DNA of 64,000 nucleotides from Candidatus Poribacteria bacterium (GTDB taxonomy: Bacteria > Poribacteria > WGA-4E > JAJDTR01): contig CBDCTK010000002.1 of NCBI GenBank assembly GCA_965222225.1, forward strand, positions 3,520,001-3,584,000. The letters are read 5' to 3'. The notes under the pieces are model-generated. The model did no database searches and had not been told where the DNA came from. It saw only the letters and a program-made list of their open reading frames with translations. The translations under genes were made by a program, and so were the position numbers. Positions 30,571-40,595 of the stretch are shown piece by piece (the stretch's first letter is position 1; the number at the start of each line of letters is the position of its first letter).

Positions 30571-31302
30571 ATGTTAGAAACCAGAGATCTAACCAAAGTC
30601 TATGACAACACGATTTTGGCTGTTAATGAGCTGAACCTGAAGATCGAACCGGGCGAGATTTACGTTATCCTCGGCGCGAATGGCGCGGGAAAAAGCACCA
30701 CCATCTCCATGCTCCTGAATTTCATCGACCCAACCAGTGGTACCGCGCTGGTTAATGACATCGAAATCCCCAAGTTTCCGCTTGAAGCTAAGAAGCATCT
30801 CGCTTACGTTTCCGAAAACGTGGAGTTGTATCGCAACTTCACGGCTCGGCAGAATCTGGAGTTTTTCACCAAGCTCGGCGGAAAAACGAAGGTGACTCGC
30901 GACGAACTGGACGCGACGCTTGCCCGCGTTGGGTTGCCGGAAGAATCATTCAAGCGACGAGTGAAGACTTTGTCAAAGGGGATGCGGCAACGGTTGGGGA
31001 TTGCAATAGCCATTATGAAGGGCGCTGATGCGGTGCTGCTTGACGAGCCGACTTCCGGATTGGACCCGAAGGGTGGCGCGGATTTCCTGAACCTATTGCG
31101 CGAATTGAGGAGCGAACGGAAAGCCATCTTCATGTCCACTCACGACATATTCCGCGCCAAGGAAATCGCCGATAGGATTGGGATTCTCGTGCAAGGCAGT
31201 TTGGTTCGCGAGCTATCCCGCCAAGAAATTGAATCCGAAGATTTGGAAGCCCTATACCTGCGATATGTGGCAGGATACGAATCGGAAGAAGAAGTAGCAT
31301 AA
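30571..31302 (+). CDS. ABC transporter ATP-binding protein (ABC-2/CcmA-like)
   Basis: GANGAGKST, LSKGMRQR, LLDEPTSGLDP, STHD; AAGGAG RBS. Confidence 0.95.
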   Translation: MLETRDLTKVYDNTILAVNELNLKIEPGEIYVILGANGAGKSTTISMLLNFIDPTSGTALVNDIEIPKFPLEAKKHLAYVSENVELYRNFTARQNLEFFTKLGGKTKVTRDELDATLARVGLPEESFKRRVKTLSKGMRQRLGIAIAIMKGADAVLLDEPTSGLDPKGGADFLNLLRELRSERKAIFMSTHDIFRAKEIADRIGILVQGSLVRELSRQEIESEDLEALYLRYVAGYESEEEVA

Positions 31303-31521
31303 ACAGTTAGCTCGACCTTGTACATTTGTAGAGCGGGATCGGCGATCGTCAAATCACCGATTTCCCCTCTTACTGTCCACCAGCCTTTGAAAGCACCCGA
31401 GGCGATCAACTGAGTGAATAGCGACGGCGATAGAGATCCCACAGGTATAGAACGACTCAAATGACCAAGAATAGCTTTGCCACCATTATTCAAACAGGTT
31501 CTGAAGAAGGAGAAAATTCGC

Positions 31522-33837
31522 TTGGAAAGTAAATGTCTCTTGTTGCTTGCCAGTTTGATGTTTCTATCAAGTCATGAGCCGCTCTGTTCACAAGCAGTGG
31601 ATTCCCAAGCTGCGTCACAACCTGAAAACGCGCGCACCAAAGATGACCAGTTGCGCCAGATTCAAATCGATAAAGCCAAACTCGACATGGATCTCGCCAA
31701 AAAGCTGATGGAGAAAAAAGAGGATGAGCTTAAGAACCTAAAGAATATGCTCCAAGAAGCGAACAACATTGTGACCGTCCTAGAGGTGAATCGTGCGGAG
31801 GAGGAATACGAGCGCGCCAAGGCAGTCTATGAGGGTGCGAAACTGGACTTGCAAAACGTTGAGCTTGATTCGCTGAAGGCGGCTTGGCACATCACTATCT
31901 TGGGTACTCGGCGGTATGAAGCACGAGATGGACGAGAAATGTTCTCTATCACGCTAAAAAACAGCTCACTGCCGGTCACATTGGAGGAGAGCTCACGGGT
32001 TCTTGAACGGGACGTTATCATCAGTGCACAGATTGACGATATCTATGTCTCAATCAAAGACCAAGGGGACTTTGGGCGGCAAGGTGCGATTGTTGCCATT
32101 CCTTACGAGGTACGTATTCCATCCCTGAAGGAGAGTGAGGAGAAAACACTGGAGTTTGAACTAGTCAAGGATGAAGTGCAGGACGTGGTCGTTAGCCTGA
32201 AATATCTTGATATTGAGGAAGACCGCAATATCCATCTCAAACAGGAGGAACCCTACATCTCGGTGCTTTCTGCGCGGCGGTACAAGGAGGGGGATCGGCG
32301 GAGGCTTGAGATTGTCCTCAAATACGGAGCGGTTCTGGAACGTTCTGTACCCCAATCAAATCGATACATTGGCAATCCACCTGCTGCCCCGGATGAAGGT
32401 GCGACATACGGTACCAAACAAGAGATTAACAACGTCTACGTCTCAATTAAGGATGAGAAGGAAGCGATTATCGGCGTACCGTATGAAATCCGAATCCCGA
32501 ATCTCAAAGATCAACAATCGAAAACCCTTGATTTTGAACTCCGCCGCAACGTTGATAGCATTATCGTGAGCCTGCGGTATCTGGAGCAAACATATCCCTA
32601 CAAGATTCATCTTGAGGAGGACACCCGCCACATCTCAATCACCAGTGCCAAAAAATATCGTGAGAACAATCAGATAATGGTCACTATCCGCCTGAAGAAC
32701 ACCTCGACGACTGAATCCATGCCCGCTGACGCCACCCCGGAAGAAATCGCCGCCGCCAACGAGATTCGTTCAATCTTTGTTTCTCTCAAGGACATTGACT
32801 CAACCAACGCGGCTCAATCGACGAATATTGCCCAACCGTATGAGCAGAAGATACCGCTGCTTGGTTACAATGACGAAGTCGACCTGACGTTCCAACTCCA
32901 GAAGGATGTGGACTCAATCATGATTGCATTGAAATACCCCGATCTTGTGGAGACCGACAATCGTTTGGTTTATCTACAAAAGGAGTCCGAGGAAGATGTA
33001 GTTAACGTCAGTTCGCTGCAGTTCTCCCAAGAGGGAAATCTCGGTAGCCGCGTTACCTATGATCTGACGCTGGATCGGTTGGCGGAGACGGAGAACACCT
33101 TTCAATTGCGGATTATCAATCTTCTTAATAGCCTGACTTTTGAATTTCAAGATAGGGAGAGCCAATCGCGCGTGTCACAGGTGAAATTCACACAAGCACA
33201 ATCCAAACGAGATCTGTCGCTGACTGTTTACCTCCGTGAAGAAATTGATGCCTCCTATCTTGATGGGACGCTGGAATTTTACGTTGCCGTTATTGATGCA
33301 AATGAAGCACAACAGCTCGGCGGCGTGAACAATCGCCTAGAGCTATCCCCGGAACAGATTAGCCGGATTAAGGGTGGTGTCGAGCGGTTTGAGCTTATCC
33401 CCAAAGGCGTGCCGGAGATTGAGCTATTTATCCCTAGCTCTTACCACACCATCAAAATCGGGGAACAGATAGACATGACGCTAACACTGCGTAATATCGG
33501 CACGCGTGATTTAGTCGATATTCGGATGGTGGTTGATGTCTATACCGACTGGGACTCTGTTGTTGAACCGGAAGTCGTCGCAAAGCTGGTACGGAATGAA
33601 GAGACCGAGGTGCATCTGACGCTGATCCCATCTCCGGATGTGGGCGTCGGAGAGTACGAAGCGAAGGTTAATGCGGAGCTCACAGTTGATAATCGTCATG
33701 TTGAAGCACGAGAAAAGACGGTGCGAGTTCACATCCAATCACAGCCTAGGCTCTCGGTAACAACGATTCTGTTTGGGGTGCTCGTTCTATTGGTCATTGG
33801 GATAGCGATTGTCACCGTACGGCTCAGTCGTCGATAA
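31522..33837 (+). CDS. Exported protein: coiled coil, 3 tandem beta repeats, NEW3-like Ig domain, C-terminal TM anchor
   Basis: TTG start after AAGGAG; signal peptide; repeats I..IYVSIKD...PYE..IP.L......L.FEL; LRNIGTRDL...GEYEAKV; C-terminal TM + RLSRR. Confidence 0.8.
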   Translation: MESKCLLLLASLMFLSSHEPLCSQAVDSQAASQPENARTKDDQLRQIQIDKAKLDMDLAKKLMEKKEDELKNLKNMLQEANNIVTVLEVNRAEEEYERAKAVYEGAKLDLQNVELDSLKAAWHITILGTRRYEARDGREMFSITLKNSSLPVTLEESSRVLERDVIISAQIDDIYVSIKDQGDFGRQGAIVAIPYEVRIPSLKESEEKTLEFELVKDEVQDVVVSLKYLDIEEDRNIHLKQEEPYISVLSARRYKEGDRRRLEIVLKYGAVLERSVPQSNRYIGNPPAAPDEGATYGTKQEINNVYVSIKDEKEAIIGVPYEIRIPNLKDQQSKTLDFELRRNVDSIIVSLRYLEQTYPYKIHLEEDTRHISITSAKKYRENNQIMVTIRLKNTSTTESMPADATPEEIAAANEIRSIFVSLKDIDSTNAAQSTNIAQPYEQKIPLLGYNDEVDLTFQLQKDVDSIMIALKYPDLVETDNRLVYLQKESEEDVVNVSSLQFSQEGNLGSRVTYDLTLDRLAETENTFQLRIINLLNSLTFEFQDRESQSRVSQVKFTQAQSKRDLSLTVYLREEIDASYLDGTLEFYVAVIDANEAQQLGGVNNRLELSPEQISRIKGGVERFELIPKGVPEIELFIPSSYHTIKIGEQIDMTLTLRNIGTRDLVDIRMVVDVYTDWDSVVEPEVVAKLVRNEETEVHLTLIPSPDVGVGEYEAKVNAELTVDNRHVEAREKTVRVHIQSQPRLSVTTILFGVLVLLVIGIAIVTVRLSRR

Positions 33838-33872
33838 GGGATTGTGAAAACGGGCATCGGAGGAGAAGCGGG

Positions 33873-35282
33873 ATGGGGGACAAATATCACACACTGCGCT
33901 TTGGGCGTTACGCACTGCGCCTCATATTCAGCGCATTTTGTGCCTGGATTTTGAATATCTCAGAGCCGGCACTCGCGCAAGATGAGGTAACGCTGACGCC
34001 GGAGAAAGCATCACGACTTGCGTTGAAAAACAATGAGAAGGTGCTCAAAGCGCAGAAAGTCCTGGAACGCGCAAAAGCCGACCTGCAAACCGCTCGCTCT
34101 GTTTACCTCCCTCAAATAGGACTCACCGGTTTTTATGAACGACGGAAAAATGACGACCTAGACTTGGACGAAAGGGATTACCTCTCCAGCGTTTCCCTCA
34201 GCCAAGTGATTGCGCGGTTTGGCGAAGTTCCGCAGGATCTGGATCAGGCGCAAGAAAACGTGCGCAAGTCGGGCATCGAACTGAAAAGTGCCGAGCAGGA
34301 GGTCATCTTCACCCTAAGAAGACTTTGGCACAACATAACATTGACGGAGGAGGAGATTCAACAACGAAGTGTTATTGAGACCACATTGCAGGAAAAGCTC
34401 AAAGTAGCCAAAAGGAAGCACGCGGAAAAGAGAATACCCATCCTGAGTGTGTTGAACACAGAACTGGAGTTGGCAGAGCAGCAGTTGGCGCTCAACGAAT
34501 TGAGACGGAGGTTGGACATCGACAAAGCGGAGCTGATTCGATTGACGGGGTTGGACGCATTGGCGACGGTTCGTCTGTCCGGCTCTTTGCCGGATGATGA
34601 CCTCACACTCGAACGCGCGGTAGAGCTGGCGTTAGCGAACCGAACGGAACTTGAAGATTTCACCGGCGCGATAAACCGTCAGGAAAGGCTAGTCAAGGAG
34701 ACGATCTGGGATAGAATCCCCGAACTAGACGCCGCTTTTCGCTATCGTGATGCCCGTCTGTTTCTAAGCCAGCAGGATCGGACGTGGGATACGACTGCGG
34801 CGTACGATTACCCTTTTCTCGAACGCGAGATAGATAGTACCACTCCATTTGGCGGAATGCGTGACAATCGGGATGGCTGGGAGGTTCGCCTAAACTTCAA
34901 TCTTTCTCTATTCGACAGCGGATTGGCAGACGGGCGTCAAGAGGCAGAGCGTGCCGAACTATCACGTCTGCAACTGGAACTCATAGATTTACAGAAGCAG
35001 ATTAGGGTTGAGGTTCGCCGCGCCTATCGGGAAGTAGCGAATGCCAAAGAACGGACGGAGATTGAGGAAAAGCGTGTACAAATCTTCGAGAAACGCCTGC
35101 GGACGATAGAACGGGTTCTGGACGAAGGGCTAGACCTACCAAGCTATCGTGGCTTGACGTTTGACGACGCTTTCCAAGCCCAAGCTGAGTTTACCGAAGC
35201 GCAGCGAGTGTTCTATCGTGCCCGTCGAGACTATGCGGCGGCTAAGGAACAACTGCGCGAGGTGTTGGGATGGGCAAAATGA
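33873..35282 (+). CDS. TolC-family outer membrane efflux protein
   Basis: Signal peptide; LT...A..LALKNN, ARSVYLPQI, ALANRTEL, FNLSLFDSG; two-repeat helical organisation. Confidence 0.85.
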   Translation: MGDKYHTLRFGRYALRLIFSAFCAWILNISEPALAQDEVTLTPEKASRLALKNNEKVLKAQKVLERAKADLQTARSVYLPQIGLTGFYERRKNDDLDLDERDYLSSVSLSQVIARFGEVPQDLDQAQENVRKSGIELKSAEQEVIFTLRRLWHNITLTEEEIQQRSVIETTLQEKLKVAKRKHAEKRIPILSVLNTELELAEQQLALNELRRRLDIDKAELIRLTGLDALATVRLSGSLPDDDLTLERAVELALANRTELEDFTGAINRQERLVKETIWDRIPELDAAFRYRDARLFLSQQDRTWDTTAAYDYPFLEREIDSTTPFGGMRDNRDGWEVRLNFNLSLFDSGLADGRQEAERAELSRLQLELIDLQKQIRVEVRRAYREVANAKERTEIEEKRVQIFEKRLRTIERVLDEGLDLPSYRGLTFDDAFQAQAEFTEAQRVFYRARRDYAAAKEQLREVLGWAK

Positions 35283-35785
35283 ACCTCGTCCGCCAACTTT
35301 GAAAGCTTAAGGCTTACGCACTTTGCACGCCGGAAACCAAATCGGCACAATTCTCACTCGGTCCGGATTGACAAATCCAGTCCCTCCTGCACGAATTCAC
35401 CAACCCACCGCGATCAACAGCCCGCCTTAACCACCGTATTGTAGTGGACCGATTCATAGAGATTTTCGATTTCAGCAATGTAGGTTGGGTTGAGCAGTCA
35501 ACAACCAAGTTTTATTCAGTTTGCAAGCAGAGCTCAACTTTTCGATTACCCGTTGGGGTGAACAAATATAGCAAAACCCAACTATTGACGAGAAAATCTC
35601 ATCTGCGATTGACAATCACAAATCGCGAACTATGAAGTGATGGGTTCTATAGGTCTCTGTAGGAGCGATCTCTCGATCGCGATGTCCTCTCTTTTTTCAT
35701 TGCGCTCCCGGTCTACACCGAATCAGATTATGTACCGACAACCAAAAATTAGATGCGATCGCCCTTTACCTGCTGACATTTTGAG

Positions 35786-35814
35786 TTGACTGAAGTTTCA
35801 GGGAAATGTATCAT
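35786..35814 (+). promoter_or_regulatory. sigma70 promoter of gnd
   Basis: TTGACT-17 bp-TATCAT. Confidence 0.6.
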
Positions 35815-35851
35815 GTGCATGTGAACTACATCTTTTAGGAGGGGTAAGGCG

Positions 35852-37318
35852 TTGGAGAAAGCTGAAATTGGTCTGATTGGACTAGCAGTGATGGGCGAAA
35901 ATCTCGCCTTAAACATCGAAAGTAAAGGCTATCGGATCGCAGTCTTCAACCGCACGGTTTCAAAGGTGGATGATTTCATAAACGGCCGAGGCCACGGAAA
36001 ACAGGTAGTCGGAACGTATTCCATTGAGGAATTGATAGACGCGCTTTCCACGCCACGGAAGATTATCTTGATGGTCAAAGCCGGCGAGCCGGTCGATCAA
36101 TTCATCGAAATGTTGAGACCTCTCCTCTCTGATGGAGATCTAATCATTGATGGTGGCAACGCGAACTTCGCCGACACCATGCGCCGCCACGACGCACTCA
36201 CGGCGAGTGGTCTGCTTTTTATCGGCACGGGAATCTCCGGAGGCGAAGAGGGCGCACTTAAGGGGCCGGCGATGATGCCGGGCGGGTCGAAAAAGGCGTA
36301 TACTCTCGTGGAGCCGATTTTCACGAAGATCGCAGCCCAAGTTGACGGAGTTCCCTGCTGCTCATACATTGGTCCCAACGGCGCGGGGCACTACGTCAAA
36401 ATGGTGCATAACGGTATCGAATACGGGGATATGCAGCTCATCTGTGAAGCCTATGCGCTCATGAAACAGGGGTTAGGGATGAGCGCCGATGACATGCACC
36501 AGCTATTCAACGAATGGAACAAAGGCGAGTTGAACTCCTACCTCATCGAAATTACGGCGGACATCTTTACGCAGCAAGATGCATCCGGCGCGCCACTTGT
36601 GGACACAATTCTCGACCAAGCGGGACAAAAAGGTACCGGGAAATGGACAAGCACGTCGGCGCTAGATCTCGGGGTTGCGGCGGGGACAATTGCCGGAGCT
36701 GTTTTTGCGCGGTACATCTCCGCGATAAAAAGCGAACGGGTTGAAGCCGCGCAAGTTTTCGAAGGTCCGAGTGGGAAATACGAGGGTGACAGACTAGCCT
36801 TCCTGAAAGCGATTCACGATGCACTCTACGCCGCCAAAATCTGCTCCTACGCACAAGGATTCGCGCTGATGCACGAGGCAAGCCGAGAGTACGAGTGGAA
36901 CCTCGACTTCGGGAAGATTAGCTTGGGGTGGCGCGGGGGTTGTATTATTCGCGCTCGCTTTCTCCATCGAATCGCCGATGCCTATGTAAACAATCCTAGT
37001 CTGCCAAATCTACTGCTCGATCCCTATTTCCGCAAAGTGATTGAATCCACACAGGAGAATTGGCGGCACGTTGTATCGACCGCAACACAGCTTGGAATTC
37101 CAATCCCAGCGTTTAGTTCGGCACTCGCCCATTTTGATAGCTATCGCAGCGCTCGGCTTCCGGCGAATCTTATCCAAGCGATGCGCGACTACTTCGGAGC
37201 ACACACCTATCACAAAATTGGTGCGAACGGAAATCCAATTGTCGGGGACGATGGTGCGCCAACCGTTTTTCACACGGAGTGGATGGTAGATGGAAGGCCC
37301 GAGGTCGTGGTTGAATGA
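35852..37318 (+). CDS. gnd: NADP-dependent 6-phosphogluconate dehydrogenase
   Basis: GLIGLAVMGENLALN, KMVHNGIEYGDMQ, GQKGTGKWT, RDYFGAHTY; TTG start. Confidence 0.97.
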   Translation: MEKAEIGLIGLAVMGENLALNIESKGYRIAVFNRTVSKVDDFINGRGHGKQVVGTYSIEELIDALSTPRKIILMVKAGEPVDQFIEMLRPLLSDGDLIIDGGNANFADTMRRHDALTASGLLFIGTGISGGEEGALKGPAMMPGGSKKAYTLVEPIFTKIAAQVDGVPCCSYIGPNGAGHYVKMVHNGIEYGDMQLICEAYALMKQGLGMSADDMHQLFNEWNKGELNSYLIEITADIFTQQDASGAPLVDTILDQAGQKGTGKWTSTSALDLGVAAGTIAGAVFARYISAIKSERVEAAQVFEGPSGKYEGDRLAFLKAIHDALYAAKICSYAQGFALMHEASREYEWNLDFGKISLGWRGGCIIRARFLHRIADAYVNNPSLPNLLLDPYFRKVIESTQENWRHVVSTATQLGIPIPAFSSALAHFDSYRSARLPANLIQAMRDYFGAHTYHKIGANGNPIVGDDGAPTVFHTEWMVDGRPEVVVE

Positions 37319-37468
37319 ACGCAGGCTAAAACCTAATGTGGATGTGACATCTGCAGTTTCTTTGCATTTATCAGGTGAAGGAATCTTATTCTAGCATGCT
37401 GGCAGTTTCAGTAGCGAGTTACCCAAAAATCGGTTACATCCAAGAGAATTTTGGCGTGCGGAGGTGGC

Positions 37469-38662
37469 ATGGCTCCTAGTGCGCTTAGCGGTGTGAAGGT
37501 CCTGGATCTATCACGGCATCTGGCAGGCCCCTACTGTGCCATGATCCTTGGCGACTTGGGTGCCGAGGTCATTAAGGTCGAACGCCCCGGCACCGGTGAC
37601 GAAACACGCCAGTGGCAACCGCCGTTTGCCGGCAGCGAGACGGCATACTACCTCTGCTGTAATCGCAACAAGAAAAGTCTCACACTCAATCTCAAACACG
37701 AGCGCGGGGTTGAAATCGCGCGAACGCTTGCCGAGAACAGCGATGTGTTAATTGAAAACTTTCGTATTGGCGGGGCAAGCGAACTTGGTCTCGGCTATGA
37801 TGAACTCAGACAGGTGAATCCGCGCTTAATCTACTGCTCCATCAGCGGCTTCGGACACACGGGACCTGATCGGGAACTACCCGGCTACGACCTCATGATT
37901 CAAGCTAGAGGCGGCATCATGTCTATCACCGGGGAGCGTGATGGCACTCCCACAAAGATTGGGGTTGCTGTCTCCGATGTCGCCACGGCGTTATTTGCCT
38001 CCAATGCTATCCTCGCCGCGCTGTTTGTACGCGAACGCACGGGTGAAGGACAACACCTTGATATCGCCCTGCTTGACTCCCAGATTGCGCTGCTGGCAAA
38101 CGTTGGCAGCAACTACCTCTGCTCGGGTGAAGTACCTCAACGCTGGGGAAACGCACACTCCGGTATCGTGCCCTACCAAGCCTTCAAGGCAGCCGATGAT
38201 TACCTTGTGTTGGCTATCGGCAATGATGGTCAGTGGCAGCGATTCTGCAAGGCAGCCGGCGCTGACCGTTTGGGGGATGATGAACGATTTGCTACGAATT
38301 CACGGCGGGTCGCCAACCGTGACGATTTAATCCCGTCCCTAGAAAACCTGTTTCAGCAACGAACTGTCGCCGAGTGGCTGCAGCTCTGCGGTGAGGCGGA
38401 TCTGCCTGCAGGTCCAGTGAATACACTTGACGAGGTCTTCGCCGATCCCCAGACACTGGCACGGGACATGTTGGTAGAGATGCCGCATCCGACAGCCAAC
38501 ACAATGCGGTTGGCGGGATCGCCGCTCAACCTCTCGGCAACGCCAGTGCAGATGCGCCTCCCACCACCGCTGCTCGGAGCGCATACGGACGAAATCCTTG
38601 CCAACGTACTAGGATTTGATGAAACCACCATCGCCAATCTTCGACGAGTTGGCGCCGTCTGA
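37469..38662 (+). CDS. CaiB/BaiF class III CoA-transferase
   Basis: VLDLSRHLAGPYC..LGDLGAEVIKVERP..GDETR; NRNKKS; PPPLLGAHT. Confidence 0.93.
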   Translation: MAPSALSGVKVLDLSRHLAGPYCAMILGDLGAEVIKVERPGTGDETRQWQPPFAGSETAYYLCCNRNKKSLTLNLKHERGVEIARTLAENSDVLIENFRIGGASELGLGYDELRQVNPRLIYCSISGFGHTGPDRELPGYDLMIQARGGIMSITGERDGTPTKIGVAVSDVATALFASNAILAALFVRERTGEGQHLDIALLDSQIALLANVGSNYLCSGEVPQRWGNAHSGIVPYQAFKAADDYLVLAIGNDGQWQRFCKAAGADRLGDDERFATNSRRVANRDDLIPSLENLFQQRTVAEWLQLCGEADLPAGPVNTLDEVFADPQTLARDMLVEMPHPTANTMRLAGSPLNLSATPVQMRLPPPLLGAHTDEILANVLGFDETTIANLRRVGAV

Positions 38663-38681
38663 GGAGAGGAGGATCGGAGCA

Positions 38682-40211
38682 TTGTTCAAGGCAAAACCTC
38701 ACATCTCACGTTGGACGGGCGGTGTTGTTTCTCCGGTATCCCCCTTTCTACTTCTCTGCCTCTTTCTCCTGAACAGTTGTGGAAAACCTGTCGCGATCGA
38801 AGTTCCCAAATTACAGGAAGAGAGTTACGCTCTCCAACAATTGCAGGCTGAGATCGAGACGGTTCTGGACGACCCGCTACTTGCCCCCTCAAATGTCGGC
38901 ATAAAGGTGGTGTCGGTCACAACGGGCGAAGTTCTCTATGACGCCGCCGCCGATAAGTTGTATCATCCCGCCTCGACAATGAAGCTACTCACCGCCGCCG
39001 CCGCCCTCGTGAAACTAAAACCAAACTATCGCTTCCACACAACGCTTTATGCGGAAGGCATTGAAGGGGTACGCGTCCGAGGAAATGTCTATCTCAAAGG
39101 GAGAGGTGACCCTCTACTCGCCATCGAAGATTTGGTAGACATGGTTGAAACGCTTTTCCAATCCGGAGTCAAGGAGATTGATGGTGATATTGTCGTCGAT
39201 GACACCTATTTTGACGACGTTGCCAAGGGTAAGGGTTGGATGTGGGATGATGGTCCGATTGGCGGGTATTATTCACATCAGAGTGCGTTGACAATTAATC
39301 ACAACGGTGTGACGGTTATCGTATCGCCCGGCGCCGAAATCGGAGAGCCGGTGCGTGTGCAACTTGATCCGCCGACAAAATACTTGAAGGTTGTCAACGA
39401 TGCGGTAACAGTCGCTGCTTCTGTGGGTACAACCTTGCCCGTCGAACGTCAAACAGAACCCGTTCCAGCCAATGTGCTGACGATTCGCGGATTCATGCCA
39501 ATCAGCCAAGAGAAGGTGCGTCGGCACGTGGACATCGTTAACCCCACGCTTTTTTGCGGCACGTTGTTTAAGGAGGCGCTTGCGCGAAAGGGCATCTCGA
39601 TTCAAGGGGTAATTCGGCTTGGGGTGGTTCCGGATGGCGCATTCGAAATTGCGGTTCACACCTCGCCGCCACTCTCCCTCATCGTCCGGCGCATGAATAA
39701 GCGGAGCAATAATCTGATTGCCGAGTTGCTGTTGAAAACGATTGGTGCGGAGACGATTGGCCCACCCGGCACATCGGGTAAAGGGTTGCAAGTGATTAAC
39801 GAGTTTCTAAGCGAAACAGGGATTGTTACAACTCAATCGACACTGGCTGACGGATCGGGCGTCTCACGCTACAATCTGTTATCTGCCTCAATGCTCACGG
39901 ACCTGCTGGTGTACATGTTCCAGGATTTTTCAGTGATGCCGGAGTATCTAATGTCCCTTCCGATCGCAGGTGTTGATGGAACGCTTTCGTGGCGGATGAA
40001 AGATTCGGAGGCTGAAGGAGTTTTGCGTGCCAAAACAGGCACTATGAGAGGCGTAACAACCCTCGCCGGGTATGCAATGACGGCGGACCGCGAAATCCTC
40101 GCGTTTGCTATGCTAATGAGCCATTATGTTGGCTCGTCCAATCCGCGCCGTGCGTTACAAGACAACATCGGGAACGCTCTTACCCGATTCAGCCGAATGC
40201 GTGGGGAATAA
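38682..40211 (+). CDS. dacB: D-Ala-D-Ala carboxypeptidase/endopeptidase PBP4 (S13), probable lipoprotein
   Basis: PASTMK (SxxK), SNN, DGSGVSRYN, AKTGT; lipobox LNSC; start codon uncertain. Confidence 0.9.
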   Translation: MFKAKPHISRWTGGVVSPVSPFLLLCLFLLNSCGKPVAIEVPKLQEESYALQQLQAEIETVLDDPLLAPSNVGIKVVSVTTGEVLYDAAADKLYHPASTMKLLTAAAALVKLKPNYRFHTTLYAEGIEGVRVRGNVYLKGRGDPLLAIEDLVDMVETLFQSGVKEIDGDIVVDDTYFDDVAKGKGWMWDDGPIGGYYSHQSALTINHNGVTVIVSPGAEIGEPVRVQLDPPTKYLKVVNDAVTVAASVGTTLPVERQTEPVPANVLTIRGFMPISQEKVRRHVDIVNPTLFCGTLFKEALARKGISIQGVIRLGVVPDGAFEIAVHTSPPLSLIVRRMNKRSNNLIAELLLKTIGAETIGPPGTSGKGLQVINEFLSETGIVTTQSTLADGSGVSRYNLLSASMLTDLLVYMFQDFSVMPEYLMSLPIAGVDGTLSWRMKDSEAEGVLRAKTGTMRGVTTLAGYAMTADREILAFAMLMSHYVGSSNPRRALQDNIGNALTRFSRMRGE

Positions 40212-40264
40212 CGATCAAGCGAACGGTTAGTGAGTGCGATAGAGATCCCTTGTTTTTCCCCGCT

Positions 40265-40490
40265 TCACCTTGGATGCGTCGTCCGGTTAGCCGGATTCTC
40301 TTCATCCAATGCCCAACTCAACGGGTTGTTCTTGATATAGGCACGGATATCATCCAATGATTCATCGTCTCGGATGACGTGGTCGTAAAAGGAGCGTTGC
40401 CACAATTTTGCATTAAATGGTTCCCAACCCTTTTTCCGGATGCCTTGGATATATAATCTGGTTGTCAGCGTTTTGAATCGGTGCACAAGG
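40265..40490 (-). pseudogene. C-terminal fragment of REP-associated (IS200-like, RAYT) tyrosine transposase
   Basis: FK..T, LWQRSFYDHVIRD, YIKNNP..W..D.ENP; the N-terminal HUH region is missing. Confidence 0.8.
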
Positions 40491-40595
40491 TTGGTATGCG
40501 CTTCATTGGGATGGCACGGGAAAGGGATTTCTATCAGGATTTTCTATCGCCTTCCTTATCCAGTCAGTTGATCCCCTGTGGTTGTCCGCCGGAAC

